Shown in pieces: positions 1 to 10,975 of a stretch of DNA of 64,000 nt. The stretch covers positions 1,964 to 65,963 of the forward strand of contig NZ_JAUNUG010000006.1 in assembly GCF_030538285.1 (NCBI RefSeq), in the 5' to 3' direction. The stretch comes from Corynebacterium sp. (GTDB lineage Bacteria; Actinomycetota; Actinomycetes; Mycobacteriales; Mycobacteriaceae). Position numbers and translations under genes: made by a program. The notes below the pieces were generated by a model, which worked only from the letters and a program-made list of their open reading frames with translations, was not told the origin of the DNA and did no database searches. Position 1 is the stretch's first letter; each line of letters begins with the position of its first letter.

Positions 1-1
1 G

Positions 2-313
2 CTCCCGGCCGATGAACCGGCGCCCGCCGACCGGCATCAACCGCTCATCCTCGTCGACGCCGACCTGCACATGAGCACCGGCAAGGCGGCCGCCCAGGTG
101 GGCCATGCCAGCATGCTCCTGGCCGCCGCTTTATCCTTGGACGAGGTGCGCGCGTGGGCAGCGTGCGGTTTCGCACTCGACGTCCGGGAGGTCCCGCACG
201 CCGAGTTCTGCTCCTACCTCCGGGAACCGGGGGTGGTCACCGTCCGTGACGCCGGGTACACGGAGGTCGCCGCCGATTCGCTGACGGTGCTGGCGCTGCC
301 GGCCGCTACGTAG
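2..313 (+). CDS. Peptidyl-tRNA hydrolase Pth2-family protein, 5'-truncated by window edge
   Basis: Frame open from window start; motifs MSTGKAAAQVGHA and VRDAGYTEV typical of Pth2. Confidence 0.8.
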   Translation, partial: LPADEPAPADRHQPLILVDADLHMSTGKAAAQVGHASMLLAAALSLDEVRAWAACGFALDVREVPHAEFCSYLREPGVVTVRDAGYTEVAADSLTVLALPAAT

Positions 314-319
314 TCCCGC

Positions 320-1400
320 GGGGTGGGGCGTAGCAGCACGGATGCCTCATGTAGGAGCATGGCCAGTGCCATGGTGACCCCGCCCAACAAGACCCCGGCC
401 AGTATCAGCGCGACGATACCGACCGGCTACCCGTCCACCCCGACATACATAGCGGGCCTTCCCTCCCGGTTGAGCCGCGCCATCTCCGGCGAGCGGGGGT
501 CGGCATCCAGGAGCTCAGCGGATCCGACGGCAATGTCGTGCCCTTCGACGCAGGCGACGATGCCCCGCCCGACGACCGGATCAGCGTGGTCGACAACCTC
601 CACAGGCAGACCGCGTTGCTGCGCACCGCGCATGATGGCCGCGGCCAGGGGATGCTCCGAGGCGGTCTCCGCGCGAGCCGCCAGACGCAGCACCTCGTAC
701 TCGGCGTAGCGGTGGTCAAGCACCAGGACGTCGCTGAGTTCGGGGCGGCCGGTGGTCCGGAATAAAGATGATCAGCAGTGTCAATGCCAGACCGACGTCG
801 CGGGTGAACACCCCTACGGCCAGGGCGGCGACCATCGCACCCGGGGTGTACCAGCGGGAGAACGTCTCCAGGAAGGTCTGCGTCCGGGCCTTGTCATCCT
901 GGGAGTCTTCCACGCGGTGGATGATCCGGGCCAGGGTGGAGTCTGCGCCGATGGCGACCGCTTCCACCCTTAAGACACCGGAACGCAGCCAGGTCCCGGC
1001 GAACACCTCTGCTCCGGCGGCCGTCTCGGCCGGAATGGACTCTCCGGTGATACCCGCCTCCTCGACCCCGCCGTGCCCGGAGATCACCCGACCGTCCACC
1101 CGCACCTGCTCACCGTGGCACACGAGGACGACATCGCCGGGATTCAGCTCCCAGATCCCGACGGTGGCGGGGACCCCGTCACGCAGCACCGTGGCGGTAT
1201 CCGGGGCGGATTCCACCAGATCCGCCTACGCCCGGCGGGAGCGGCTGAGCATCGTTCTCTCCAGGGCCTTGCCCAGGGCAAAGAGGAAGGCCACGGCGGC
1301 CGATTCCCAGTAGTTGTCGATGAACAGCGCACTGACTGCAGCCACGCTTGAGCTTCGTCTCGGTTTTACTCACACACGAAGAGCAGGAGAATTCCTCGGA
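320..1400 (-). pseudogene. Decayed heavy-metal-binding domain / P1B-type ATPase locus
   Basis: Fragments in order: FSCSSC (HMA CxxC), transmembrane segment, in-frame TAG at 1226-1228, actuator ITGESIP, SEHPLA, TAG at 427-429, C-terminal LLHEASVLL. CPC, DKTGT and GDGxND are absent and the frame changes near 720-760. Confidence 0.85.
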
Positions 1401-1475
1401 ACGCCAGTCCTTTCTGTAGGCCGGATGTCTCCGGGGGTTCACCCCTGACCCTAGGAAATAGGCGGTGGAACTTCC

Positions 1476-1489
1476 TTGGCGTGGATCAA
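1476..1489 (-). promoter_or_regulatory. Fnr-like box TTGATCCACGCCAA upstream of the ATPase remnant
   Basis: Near match to TTGAT-N4-ATCAA; overlaps the stop of the adjacent Crp/Fnr gene, whose recognition helix is ExxSR. Confidence 0.5.
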
Positions 1490-2214
1490 TAAGCGGCGAG
1501 GGAGGCGGCGTCGATAAGCGCAACCCACTCGCGACCGGAATCAATCACTCCCTCCCTCTTCATCCGCGCCATCGCGCGGGAGGCGGATTCCACGGTGGTG
1601 GCGGCCATGCCGGCGATGTCATCGCGGCGCAGCCGGGCCTGCAGCAGGATGGAACCATCGGCCCGGGTCTGACCGATCCGTTCGGCCAAGTGGAGGAGCA
1701 CCCCGGCCACGCGCTGCTCGACCGTGCGGGTGCTCCGGGCTACCTCCCGTTCCCGGGCGGCGCTCAACCGTTGGTGCTGGAGCTGTAGCAACGACACCGC
1801 CAGCACCGGGAATTCCGCCACAACCTGCGCCAGTGAATCCGCAGGCAGGAACAGTGCACACGTGGTGTCCATGGCCCAGGCCGAATCGGGGAAGGGAACC
1901 ATCGTGGTGTCCAGGGGGCCGACGACATCTCCCGGGACCGCCAGATCAACGGTGATTTCCTCGCCGTCGACGGTGTCCCGGGTGATCCGTACCCGACCCG
2001 CCATGATGAGATACACCCCACCGGGGGAATCACCCGCCAGCAGAAGCGGCTCGCCCGCTGCCCAGGACAGGGCCTGCACGTGCGTGTCTAACTCCGCCCG
2101 TTGCCCCGCGGTGAGATCGCGGGTGAGAGGGGAGCGTGCCATGGCCTGCATCCGCACCTCCGGGGCGCAGTGATGTGGTTTGGCGCACCCACGCTGAACA
2201 GGATTAAGCGACAT
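1486..2214 (-). CDS. Crp/Fnr family transcriptional regulator
   Basis: cNMP-binding-like region (GRVRITR..GDVVG) and HTH RDDIAGMAATTVESASR; N-terminal cysteines; start uncertain. Confidence 0.85.
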   Translation of the reverse strand: MSLNPVQRGCAKPHHCAPEVRMQAMARSPLTRDLTAGQRAELDTHVQALSWAAGEPLLLAGDSPGGVYLIMAGRVRITRDTVDGEEITVDLAVPGDVVGPLDTTMVPFPDSAWAMDTTCALFLPADSLAQVVAEFPVLAVSLLQLQHQRLSAAREREVARSTRTVEQRVAGVLLHLAERIGQTRADGSILLQARLRRDDIAGMAATTVESASRAMARMKREGVIDSGREWVALIDAASLAAY

Positions 2215-2302
2215 GAACCCCATCGTAGGCGCGCATGCGGCGACCCCGATCACGCAACAGTGGGATACTTGGGGGCAGGAAACTTCTCTGAGAGGGATGA
2301 CA

Positions 2303-3061
2303 ATGACCCAGCCCCATGATCCCTACGCCGGATACCCCGGATACTCTGGCCACCAACCACCGACCCCGCACATGATCCCGCCGGGCCCGCCGCGGCGCCT
2401 CGACGCCGTGGAATCCCTGTCGCAGGGGTGGAAGGCACTGTCCTCCAACCTCTTGCCCTGGGTGTTGTCGATGCTCGTGTTTCTCGCGTTGATCGGGATA
2501 ATCATTGCGGTGGGTGTCATCCCCATCGCCCTCAGTGAGACGGTGTCGGAGGACCAGGCCGTGGCGTTGGCCCCGGCGACCGTGGCGGCGCTCATCATCG
2601 CCTACCTCATCGCCTTCGCCATCGGCATGGTGTGGACACTCAACGTCTACCGCAACGCCGTGCGCCAGGTACAGGGGGAGACGGTGACCCTGGGCAGCTT
2701 CTTCCAGCTCCGGGAGCTGGGTATCCCCTTCGTGGCCTACCTGATCATGGGGCTGGCGGTAACCGTCGGAATGGTCCTGCTCATCCTGCCGGGGCTCGCG
2801 CTGGCCGTGCTGCTGATGTTCGTGCCCTACCTGGCATTCTCGCGACCGGAAACGGGCTTGTCGGGGATTTTCAGGGGTTCTCTCGACATCGTGAAGAACA
2901 ACCTCGGTGCATCCTTGCTGCTCATCCTGTTCACCTTACTGCTCAGCGCAGTCGGCAGCCTGACGGTGATCGGGGTGTTCATCACCCAGCCGCTCACCGC
3001 AGTGATGATGGCGCACGCCGCCGTGCAGGGGACCGGCGACCGCGTCGTCTACCGGCCCTGA
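2303..3061 (+). CDS. Integral membrane protein with Pro-rich N-terminus
   Basis: Several hydrophobic helices; GAGGG RBS before ATG 2303. Confidence 0.75.
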   Translation: MTQPHDPYAGYPGYSGHQPPTPHMIPPGPPRRLDAVESLSQGWKALSSNLLPWVLSMLVFLALIGIIIAVGVIPIALSETVSEDQAVALAPATVAALIIAYLIAFAIGMVWTLNVYRNAVRQVQGETVTLGSFFQLRELGIPFVAYLIMGLAVTVGMVLLILPGLALAVLLMFVPYLAFSRPETGLSGIFRGSLDIVKNNLGASLLLILFTLLLSAVGSLTVIGVFITQPLTAVMMAHAAVQGTGDRVVYRP

Positions 3062-5019
3062 GTCACCAGCCTCTGCAGCGCCCCACGCACCACCGCGGGG
3101 TCGGTGGTCTCCCAGAAACGCGGCATCGAGGCCCGCAGGAATGAGCCGTAGCGCTTGGTCACCAGGCGATTATCCAGCACGGCGACGACACCGCGGTCGG
3201 TGACCGAACGCAGCAACCGGCCCGCCCCCTGCGCCATGAGCAGCGCCGCGTGGGTGGCCGCAACCTCCATGAAACCATTGCGCCCTTCCGCCTCCGCGGC
3301 CTCTTTGCGGGCCTGGAGTAGCGGATCATCGGGGCGCGGGAAGGGCACCCGGTCGATGAGTACCAGCGAACACGAGGGGCCCGGCACGTCCACACCCTGC
3401 CACAGGGTGAGCGTGCCGAACAGGCAGGCGTTTTCCTCCCGGGCGAACTTCTCCACCAGCGCGCCGGTGGAGTCCTCGCCCTGGCAGTAGACGTCGAAGG
3501 GCAGGCGCGCCCGCATCGCCTCCGCAGCCTGCTCCGCCGCGCGCCGGGAGGAGAACAACCCGAGGGTGCGGCCCCCGGCCGCCATGATGAGGTCATAGAT
3601 CTCATCGAGGGTCTGCTCCGCCAGGCCATCCCGCCCCGGATCCGGCAGGTGCCGGGCGGTGTAGAGGATGCCGGATTTCTGCGGGTCGAAGGGGGTGCCA
3701 GCGTCGAGGCCGTCCCACGTGCCCCGGGGAATCCCCAGGAAGGCGGCCATATGGTCGAAACGACCCCCGATGGCCAGCGTCGCTGAGGTCAGCACCACAG
3801 TCTGCTCGCCGAACAGGCGCTCGTGCAGCAGCCCGGCGACCGACAGAGGCGCCACCGTGAGAACATCGCCGCGGCGGTCATCGCGGGCCAACCACACGAC
3901 ATCGCTTTGCGACGCCGGGTCGGACTCATCAAACACCGTCAACACCCGCACGATGGCGTCGTGCAACTCCAGGAGATGATTGCTCAGATTCTGACGTTCG
4001 GCGTACTTCTCCGGGTCGTCGGCGGACTCCCCCTCGGGGGCGCGGGCGATGGCCTCGCGCAGTGACCACAGGCCGTCCCGCAGCCCGGCCAGGGGGCCGC
4101 GGGCGGTGTCGTCGATGTCTGTCCAACGGCCATCGGGGAGCAGGGCGGCGGCGGCCAACCAGTCATCGGTGAGCTCCACGAGCTTGTCGTCGCTCCCGTC
4201 GGCGTCGAGCTTGCCGGCGCGTTTCGCCGCCAGGGTCAGCGCGGTGCGGGAGAGCTCATTCGAGGCGACGGAGGTGATCCGGCCGTCGAGCTCGTGGGCC
4301 TCATCGATGATGACCACGTCATGCTCCGGGAGGATATCGATGTTGGCGAGCGCGTCGATGGCCAGCAGCGCGTGGTTGGTCACCACGATGTCCACTTCGT
4401 GAGCCTGCTGCCGCGCGGCCTCCGCAAAGCACTGCTCCCCGTGCGGGCAGCGCGTGGCCCCCAGGCACTCCCGCGCGGTGACCGAGACCTGCCGCCAGGC
4501 CAGATCCGGCACGCCCGGCTCCAGGTCATCCCGGTCCCCGGATTCTGTCTCCTGCGCCCACTCGTGGACGCGGGCCACGTGGCGGCCGAGCCAGGACACG
4601 TCGGCTTCGTCGATAAGCGCATCCTCGGGATCTTCCGCCGCGCCGATCCGGTTGAGGCACACGTAGTTGGAGCGGCCTTTGAGGATCGCGAAAGTCGGCC
4701 GGCGTTCCATCTCCGGTTCCAGCGCCTCCACCAGGCGGGGCAGATCGCGTTCAACCAGCTGACGTTGCAGGGCGATCGTCGCTGTCGACACGATCACCGC
4801 CGTGCCCGTCGCCTGCGCGTGGCGAATTGCGGGCACCAGGTAGGCCAAGGACTTACCCGTACCCGTGCCCGCCTGCACCGCCAGGTGGCGCTGTGTTTCA
4901 AGGGCGCGAGTGACCGCGCGCGCCATCGCCACCTGGCCGTCCCGACGGGAACCGCCGAGGGCGGTGACGGCGGCGTCGAGAAGCGTGTCAGTCGACTGCG
5001 ACAGTGGCTCTTCCGTCAC
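3049..5019 (-). CDS. dinG: DinG family ATP-dependent DNA helicase
   Basis: QAGTGTGKS Walker A, DEAH, Fe-S cysteines, QGAGRLLR motif VI. Confidence 0.93.
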   Translation of the reverse strand: MTEEPLSQSTDTLLDAAVTALGGSRRDGQVAMARAVTRALETQRHLAVQAGTGTGKSLAYLVPAIRHAQATGTAVIVSTATIALQRQLVERDLPRLVEALEPEMERRPTFAILKGRSNYVCLNRIGAAEDPEDALIDEADVSWLGRHVARVHEWAQETESGDRDDLEPGVPDLAWRQVSVTARECLGATRCPHGEQCFAEAARQQAHEVDIVVTNHALLAIDALANIDILPEHDVVIIDEAHELDGRITSVASNELSRTALTLAAKRAGKLDADGSDDKLVELTDDWLAAAALLPDGRWTDIDDTARGPLAGLRDGLWSLREAIARAPEGESADDPEKYAERQNLSNHLLELHDAIVRVLTVFDESDPASQSDVVWLARDDRRGDVLTVAPLSVAGLLHERLFGEQTVVLTSATLAIGGRFDHMAAFLGIPRGTWDGLDAGTPFDPQKSGILYTARHLPDPGRDGLAEQTLDEIYDLIMAAGGRTLGLFSSRRAAEQAAEAMRARLPFDVYCQGEDSTGALVEKFAREENACLFGTLTLWQGVDVPGPSCSLVLIDRVPFPRPDDPLLQARKEAAEAEGRNGFMEVAATHAALLMAQGAGRLLRSVTDRGVVAVLDNRLVTKRYGSFLRASMPRFWETTDPAVVRGALQRLVTQGR

Positions 5020-6365
5020 TCCGGGAAACCCACAAACCGAGTGCTGATCGACGGCTCATCCCGCGACAACGCCAACCCCTCCCACGGGAGGGTGAGCAGC
5101 TGCTGCGCCAGGTACGCGCGGGACTCCTCCAGGGAGGGCAAACCATCAACGGTTACGCCATCGCGCACCAGCGGCACCGTCAACTGCGTAGAGGACAAGC
5201 GACCGGTGTCCGGGGCCTGCGCATCGAAGGGGAACACCAGCTCCTCGACGGCGACGCCGGAAGAACGGTAGGTACGGATCGCCTGCTTCGAACCGCCCGT
5301 CATGCCCTTCCCGCGCGAACGCTTCGCCACCGGATGCCCGTCGACCGCGACCAGCTTGTAGACCATGCTCGCCGTCGGGGCGCCGGAACCAGTCACCACC
5401 GAGGTGCCCACGCCATAAACATCCACCGGGTCACCGCGCAGACCGGCGATGGCGAACTCATCCAGATCGGAGGACACAACAATCTTCGTGTCATGCGCGC
5501 CCAGCTCATCGAGCTGCTTGCGTACCCGGCGGGTCACGGCCGCGAGATCACCCGAATCGATGCGGACCCCGCCGAGCTCCGGACCGGCGACCTCGATGGC
5601 AGTCTCCACGCCCTTGGTGATGTCGTAGGTGTCCACCAGCAGGGTGGTGTCCACGCCCAGGGAATCGATCTGCGAACGGAAAGCAGCTTCCTCATTGGGG
5701 GTGCCGTCCGCATTGATGTGCAGCAGCGTCCAGGCGTGTGCGGCGGTGCCCGAGGCCGGGATGCCGTAACGGTGCGAGGCCTCCAGGTTGGAGGTGGCCG
5801 TGAAACCCGCCAGGTAGGCAGCCCGGGAGGCGGTGACGGCCGCGTACTCGTGGGTGCGGCGCGATCCCATCTCAATGATCGGACGACCATCCGCGGCCGT
5901 GACCATACGGGCCGCGGCGGAGGCGATCGCCGAATCCGCGTTCATGATCGACAGGATGACCGTCTCCAGGATCACACACTCCGCGAAGCTGCCACGCACC
6001 GTCAGCAGTGGGGAATACGGGAAGTAAATATCCCCCTCCCGGTAGCCATCAATCTGGCCAGTGAAACGATAATTGCGCAGGTACTCACGGGTCTCATCGT
6101 CGAGGAACTCCAGGTGGGAGAGCTGATCCTCCGTGAAAACGAAGTCCCGCACGGCGCGCAACACACGCGCAGTACCGGCCACGACACCGTAACGGCGTTC
6201 ATTGGGCAGCCGGCGGGCGAAGACCTCGAAGGTGCACTGCCGGTGGGCGGTGCCATCACGCAGCGCGGCCTGCAGCATGGTCAGCTCGTACATGTCCGTC
6301 AGCAGGGACGTCGAGCGATTCGGCGGCACAGACGCCGCCCCGGGGTTAGGTGCGTTCTGGTTCAC
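5016..6365 (-). CDS. pncB: Nicotinate phosphoribosyltransferase
   Basis: LLTDMYELTM, EMGSRR, GTAAHAW, LVDTYD, VRIDSGD; GTG start 7 nt after TACAGT -10. Confidence 0.93.
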   Translation of the reverse strand: MNQNAPNPGAASVPPNRSTSLLTDMYELTMLQAALRDGTAHRQCTFEVFARRLPNERRYGVVAGTARVLRAVRDFVFTEDQLSHLEFLDDETREYLRNYRFTGQIDGYREGDIYFPYSPLLTVRGSFAECVILETVILSIMNADSAIASAAARMVTAADGRPIIEMGSRRTHEYAAVTASRAAYLAGFTATSNLEASHRYGIPASGTAAHAWTLLHINADGTPNEEAAFRSQIDSLGVDTTLLVDTYDITKGVETAIEVAGPELGGVRIDSGDLAAVTRRVRKQLDELGAHDTKIVVSSDLDEFAIAGLRGDPVDVYGVGTSVVTGSGAPTASMVYKLVAVDGHPVAKRSRGKGMTGGSKQAIRTYRSSGVAVEELVFPFDAQAPDTGRLSSTQLTVPLVRDGVTVDGLPSLEESRAYLAQQLLTLPWEGLALSRDEPSISTRFVGFPE

Positions 6366-6400
6366 ATCGCCCACTGTATATCGGTGGGCAGGGACGGTGG

Positions 6401-6943
6401 CTAGACCTCTGCCAGTTGCAGTGCCACCCACACCTTGCCGTGGCCGAAGGTGACGGCGGTGGCGTAGAGCGTGTAGCGCGGGTGGAGCATCTGGGCGGCG
6501 TGGGCCTCGGAATGCAGCCAGGCGTCCACGACGGCGTGGCCGGAGGCGGTGTCGAGCGGCATGGAGTACTGCAGCATGGTGACGTTGTGCGGGGAGGGCA
6601 GTTCCTCGCCGGCGACGGCGTTCCGCTCGGCCTGGCGCTGGGCCGCGAACTGCAGACCCGGGGTCATGGCGACCGGGGCCACCCCTTCCTCGGCACGTAG
6701 TTGAAGCAGCGCCAGGCCGACATCCTCACGGATCTTATCCAGCGCGGCCTGGGTATCTGGGTCCGGCTGGACGTAACCGGTGTCAACTGTGTCGATGTCA
6801 TCGACGATGTCACCGCCGCCGGGCAGCACCGCCATGAGCAAGGTCATGATGAGACCGACGACGGTGATGAGAGTGCCCGTGTTGAGCAGGAGAGTCTTCA
6901 GACCTTCCGGGGAGTGCCATGGGGTAGAGGACATCCGGAGCAT
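6401..6943 (-). CDS. CAP/SCP-domain membrane-anchored protein
   Basis: N-terminal transmembrane helix; VVDAWLHSEAH CAP signature. Confidence 0.7.
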   Translation of the reverse strand: MLRMSSTPWHSPEGLKTLLLNTGTLITVVGLIMTLLMAVLPGGGDIVDDIDTVDTGYVQPDPDTQAALDKIREDVGLALLQLRAEEGVAPVAMTPGLQFAAQRQAERNAVAGEELPSPHNVTMLQYSMPLDTASGHAVVDAWLHSEAHAAQMLHPRYTLYATAVTFGHGKVWVALQLAEV

Positions 6944-7073
6944 CAGTGATCACATCCTGCGGGGTGGTCGGTTGCTGAATCTAGTGTGTAAAGGTACACC
7001 CCGCGTGAGCTCTTATCCACAGGGCGCGCGCCCGTGCTGCCTTCCGGGGCCGCCGTTGACTAGGCTGTGACCC

Positions 7074-7406
7074 ATGAGTGGTGCAGTGTGGATGACGGCC
7101 CCCGGCATGGGTTCCCCCATGGCGACCCCGGAACTCGATGAGGCCATCGAGGTTGATGTCGCGACCGCGGAGAACCTCCCGTGGATGTGCATCGTGTGGG
7201 ACGATCCGGTCAACCTCATGAGCTATGTCACCTATGTGTTCCAGACCGTGCTGGGCTATGACCGTAAGCGGGCGAATGAGCTGATGATGCAGGTCCACAC
7301 GGAGGGCAAGGCCGTTGTCTCCTCCGGTGAGAAGGACAAGGTGGAGGGTGACGTGAAGAAGCTGCACACCGCGGGCCTGTGGGCGACGATGCAGCAGGCG
7401 GGATAA
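7074..7406 (+). CDS. clpS: ATP-dependent Clp protease adaptor ClpS
   Basis: [23 protein letters not shown]; TAGGCT -10 seven nt upstream (leaderless). Confidence 0.95.
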   Translation: MSGAVWMTAPGMGSPMATPELDEAIEVDVATAENLPWMCIVWDDPVNLMSYVTYVFQTVLGYDRKRANELMMQVHTEGKAVVSSGEKDKVEGDVKKLHTAGLWATMQQAG

Positions 7407-7416
7407 GGAGAGCCGG

Positions 7417-7941
7417 ATGCAGGCGTGGCGGAAGAAGAAGGGGCTCATGCGGGCCCCGCGTTTCCAGACGGTGCTGGAGCCGATGGAGCGGGAGGTGCTG
7501 GGCGATCTTGTGTCGGGGGTGAGCGAGGCGATCATGCAGCGGGCGCAGTCGGCGCCGAAGGATGAGCTGGCTGAGCTCACGGGCATTCCCAGCGGGCATA
7601 AGGACGCCCCGGAGGATGCCGGGATGGCGCGTCTGCTGCCGGATTTCGAACGCGAGGGGGACGAGGAGTACGACGGCGATAATTCGCTGCTGCGTAGCCT
7701 CCACGAGAACGACATCTGCCGCGCAAAGCTGTCCAACCTGCAGGTCATCGCCGAGAAGGTTGGCCCCGACGGTGGCGTGGAGATCACCCTCAGCCAGGAG
7801 GAGGCTCACGCCTTCCTCGCCGGGCTCAATGATCTGCGCCTGTATCTGGCCGCCTCCGAGGATGCCGGGGAGGACGCCGATACCCTCGTCGAGTGGCTGG
7901 GTTTCAACCAGGACAGCCTGCTCACGGCCCTGATGGACTGA
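7417..7941 (+). CDS. DUF2017-family protein (clpS neighbour)
   Basis: ARLLPDF and LNDLRL motifs; conserved position after clpS. Confidence 0.8.
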   Translation: MQAWRKKKGLMRAPRFQTVLEPMEREVLGDLVSGVSEAIMQRAQSAPKDELAELTGIPSGHKDAPEDAGMARLLPDFEREGDEEYDGDNSLLRSLHENDICRAKLSNLQVIAEKVGPDGGVEITLSQEEAHAFLAGLNDLRLYLAASEDAGEDADTLVEWLGFNQDSLLTALMD

Positions 7942-7942
7942 C

Positions 7943-8887
7943 ATGCTTATCGACGTCCCGGGTCTCGCCGTCGGCCATCATTCGGCCGGGGACACGGGCG
8001 TCACCGCCATCGTGTCGCAGGATCCGCGCGGCATGGTTGCCGGGGTAGATGTACGGGGCGGGGGCCCGGGGACGCGGGAAACAGACCTATTGGCGCCGCA
8101 CAACACGGTCGAACGCGTCCACGCGATCATCCTGGCGGGCGGTTCTGCCTTCGGGCTGGCCGCCGCGGACGGGGCGATGCGCGAGTTGGAGCGCGCCGGG
8201 CGGGGCTTCCCGGTGCTGGGGGAGGGCCGGGACGGTCCGCGGGTGCCGATCGTGCCGGCCGCCGTCATCTTCGACCTCTTCGTCGGTGATCCCACGCACC
8301 GCCCGCAGGCCGCCGATGGTGAAAAGGCGGTGCGGGCTGCTCTGGAGGGCGGTGGGGACGGCAGTGGCAGCGTAGGTGCCGGGTGTGGCGCCATGGCGGG
8401 GGTGCTGCGCGGCGGGGTGGGGCAGGCCTCGCAGCCGGTGGGGGAGTACACGGTCTCCGCCTTGGTGGTGGCCAACCCGGTGGGTTCGGTCATTGACCCG
8501 GCGACTGGCCTGCTGTGGGGCGACCCGCAGCGCCCGGCGGTTGATCTGGAGGCCTTCGGCGCCCTGCAGCACCCGGCAGCGAAACTCAACACCACGATCG
8601 GGGTGGTGGCCACGGACGCGCCCCTGACCCCGGGGCAGGTCACCCGCCTGGCGATGGTCGGGCATGACGGTATCGCCCGCGCGGTGCGCCCCGCGCACTC
8701 TCCCTTGGACGGTGACACGCTGTTCGCGGTGACGACGGCGGCGCAGTCGGGTGGGGTGGGCGTCGAGAAGCTCACGGAGCTGTCGACAGCGGCGGCGGAT
8801 GTGGTGCAGGCGGCGATGGTCGATGCCATCGTGCGGGCCGAACCGGGCCACGGGCTCGGCGTCTGGTCCGCGATCCTGGCCGACTGA
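7943..8887 (+). CDS. Peptidase S58 / DmpA (P1) family protein
   Basis: DVRGGGPGTRETDLL, GGSAFGL, NTTIGVVATDA, DGDTLF. Confidence 0.88.
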   Translation: MLIDVPGLAVGHHSAGDTGVTAIVSQDPRGMVAGVDVRGGGPGTRETDLLAPHNTVERVHAIILAGGSAFGLAAADGAMRELERAGRGFPVLGEGRDGPRVPIVPAAVIFDLFVGDPTHRPQAADGEKAVRAALEGGGDGSGSVGAGCGAMAGVLRGGVGQASQPVGEYTVSALVVANPVGSVIDPATGLLWGDPQRPAVDLEAFGALQHPAAKLNTTIGVVATDAPLTPGQVTRLAMVGHDGIARAVRPAHSPLDGDTLFAVTTAAQSGGVGVEKLTELSTAAADVVQAAMVDAIVRAEPGHGLGVWSAILAD

Positions 8888-8903
8888 ATTAGAGTGGAAG
8901 ACG

Positions 8904-9563
8904 ATGAGTCAACAACCTGTGTCCCCACCTGCCCGCCGCCGGCCCGTGCGCTCCGGATTGATGTTCGCGGCGGCGTTCGTCATCGCCATTTGGGCAGTAC
9001 ACATTGTCAATACCTTCCTGTTCGCAGGGCGGCTGGTCTTCTTCGGGATCCACCCGCTGGATGTCTCGTCAATTTGGCACATCCTTACGTCGCCACTGCT
9101 GCACGCAAATGCGGAACACCTCCTTTCCAACACCGTCCCCGGAGCCATTTTCAGCTTCCTCATAGGTTTATCGCGGGCGCGCGTGTGGTGGGAGGTAACC
9201 ATCATCGTGGTCCTCGTCGGCGGTCTCGGGGTGTGGCTTTTCGGCGGGGTCGGCACCAACCACATCGGCGCCTCGGGGCTCGTTTACGGTTGGCTCGGCT
9301 ACCTTCTCGTGCGCGGCATCTTCAACCGGAGCATTTCGCAAATCCTCCTCGGCATCCTGCTGGGAGTCACCTACTCAGGGCTACTGCTGGGGGTACTTCC
9401 GGGGGTACCCGGAGTGTCGTGGCAGGCGCACCTGTTTGGGGCACTCGGGGGCATCGGTGCGGGGATATTCATCACTTCCGACGATCCCCCTGCGCTGCAG
9501 GCCCGTAGGCAGGCAAAAGAACTTGGCGGGAATCACAGTGGGACACCGCCCGGGCGGGTCTAG
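8904..9563 (+). CDS. Rhomboid intramembrane serine protease
   Basis: HLLSN, GASG, AHLFG motifs. Confidence 0.9.
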   Translation: MSQQPVSPPARRRPVRSGLMFAAAFVIAIWAVHIVNTFLFAGRLVFFGIHPLDVSSIWHILTSPLLHANAEHLLSNTVPGAIFSFLIGLSRARVWWEVTIIVVLVGGLGVWLFGGVGTNHIGASGLVYGWLGYLLVRGIFNRSISQILLGILLGVTYSGLLLGVLPGVPGVSWQAHLFGALGGIGAGIFITSDDPPALQARRQAKELGGNHSGTPPGRV

Positions 9564-9645
9564 AATGTATAGGGTCCGGTTTATTTTAAGAAACTCACAA
9601 CCCTTTCTTCCGTAACTGTGAGTGGAACGAGTAGCATAGGTACTT

Positions 9646-10152
9646 ATGAGTAATCGACACGTCGAGTGGTTGTCCGAGCAGGAGTCTGAAACCTGGGCGA
9701 ATGTCTGGTCTTTCCACGTCTGGCTGCCGACCCGCCTAGAGGCGCAGCTGAAGCGAGATGCCGGCATCAGCCACTATGACTACTTCGCACTGACGAAACT
9801 GTGGCAGTCGCCGGAACATACCCTGCGCATGACCGAGCTGGCCTCCGCCTGCGACATGACCCTCTCCCACCTCTCCCGCGTGGTCACCCGCCTGGAGAAG
9901 CAGGAGCTCGTGCAGCGTCTGCCCGATCCAGATGACGGCCGCTCCACCCTGGCCCAGCTCACCGAAGGTGGCCTCGCCCTCTTCGAACAGGCAGCCCCGG
10001 GGCACGTCAACGAGGTTCGCAAGCTCATCTTCGACAACCTCGAGCCCGAGGAGCAGCGCCACTTCAGCGATGCCATGAGCAAGATCGTCGCCGCCATCGG
10101 CAACCCCGACCACTACGCCGGACGATACGGCGGGCGCCCCGGCTCGCGCTAG
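9646..10152 (+). CDS. MarR family transcriptional regulator
   Basis: LRMTELA...[16 protein letters not shown]...DGRS winged helix. Confidence 0.9.
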   Translation: MSNRHVEWLSEQESETWANVWSFHVWLPTRLEAQLKRDAGISHYDYFALTKLWQSPEHTLRMTELASACDMTLSHLSRVVTRLEKQELVQRLPDPDDGRSTLAQLTEGGLALFEQAAPGHVNEVRKLIFDNLEPEEQRHFSDAMSKIVAAIGNPDHYAGRYGGRPGSR

Positions 10153-10153
10153 C

Positions 10154-10975
10154 ATGGTCGGTGTGAGAACACCTGACGCCCCGATCGGCATCTTCGACTC
10201 CGGTGTCGGCGGCCTGACGGTCGCCCGCACCATCATGGATCAGCTGCCGCACGAGTCGCTCATCTACATCGGAGACACCGCACACGGACCCTACGGGCCA
10301 CTTCCCATCGCCGACGTCCGGGCCCACGCCACCCGCATCGCCGATGATCTCGTCGAGCGCGGCTGCAAGATGCTCGTCATCGCTTGCAACACCGCCTCGG
10401 CAGCCTTCCTCCACGACGCGCGGGAGCGCTATGACGTCCCCGTCGTGGAGGTCATCCAGCCCGCCGTCCGGCGCGCACTGGCCACCACCCGCAACGGCCA
10501 CATCGGGGTGATCGGCACCGTCGGCACCGTCAACTCCGGCGCCTACCAGGACCTATTCGCCATCAACCCCGGCGTACACGCCCACGCCCAGGCCTGCCCG
10601 AGCTTCGTCGACTTCGTGGAACGCGGCATCACCTCAGGGCGCCAGATACTCGGTGTCGCCGAAGCTTACGTCGAGCCGCTGCAGGCAGCCGGTGTCGATA
10701 CGCTCGTGTTGGGGTGCACCCACTACCCGCTGCTCTCCGGCGTCATCCAGCTGGCCATCGGCGACCATGTCACACTCGTGTCCTCGGCGGAGGAAACCGC
10801 CAAGGATGTGCTGCGCGTGCTCACCCGGGAGGATCTCCTGGCTGACCCCGCAAACCACCCGGCCCCCACCCGAATCTTCGAATCCACCGGGGATCCGGAA
10901 AAATTCGCCCTGCTCTCCGAACGTTTCCTTGGCCCCGGCCTGGGGCAGGTGCATCAGGTCGCCGGACTGGGTTAA
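10154..10975 (+). CDS. murI: Glutamate racemase
   Basis: FDSGVGG, IACNTAS, LGCTHYP; true start may be GTG 10163. Confidence 0.96.
   Translation: MVGVRTPDAPIGIFDSGVGGLTVARTIMDQLPHESLIYIGDTAHGPYGPLPIADVRAHATRIADDLVERGCKMLVIACNTASAAFLHDARERYDVPVVEVIQPAVRRALATTRNGHIGVIGTVGTVNSGAYQDLFAINPGVHAHAQACPSFVDFVERGITSGRQILGVAEAYVEPLQAAGVDTLVLGCTHYPLLSGVIQLAIGDHVTLVSSAEETAKDVLRVLTREDLLADPANHPAPTRIFESTGDPEKFALLSERFLGPGLGQVHQVAGLG

Noticed and set aside
7013-7021. Single DnaA box upstream of clpS, and DnaA boxes as a possible oriC
   Set aside because: An isolated box is weak evidence; there is no box cluster, AT-rich unwinding element or dnaA/dnaN gene.
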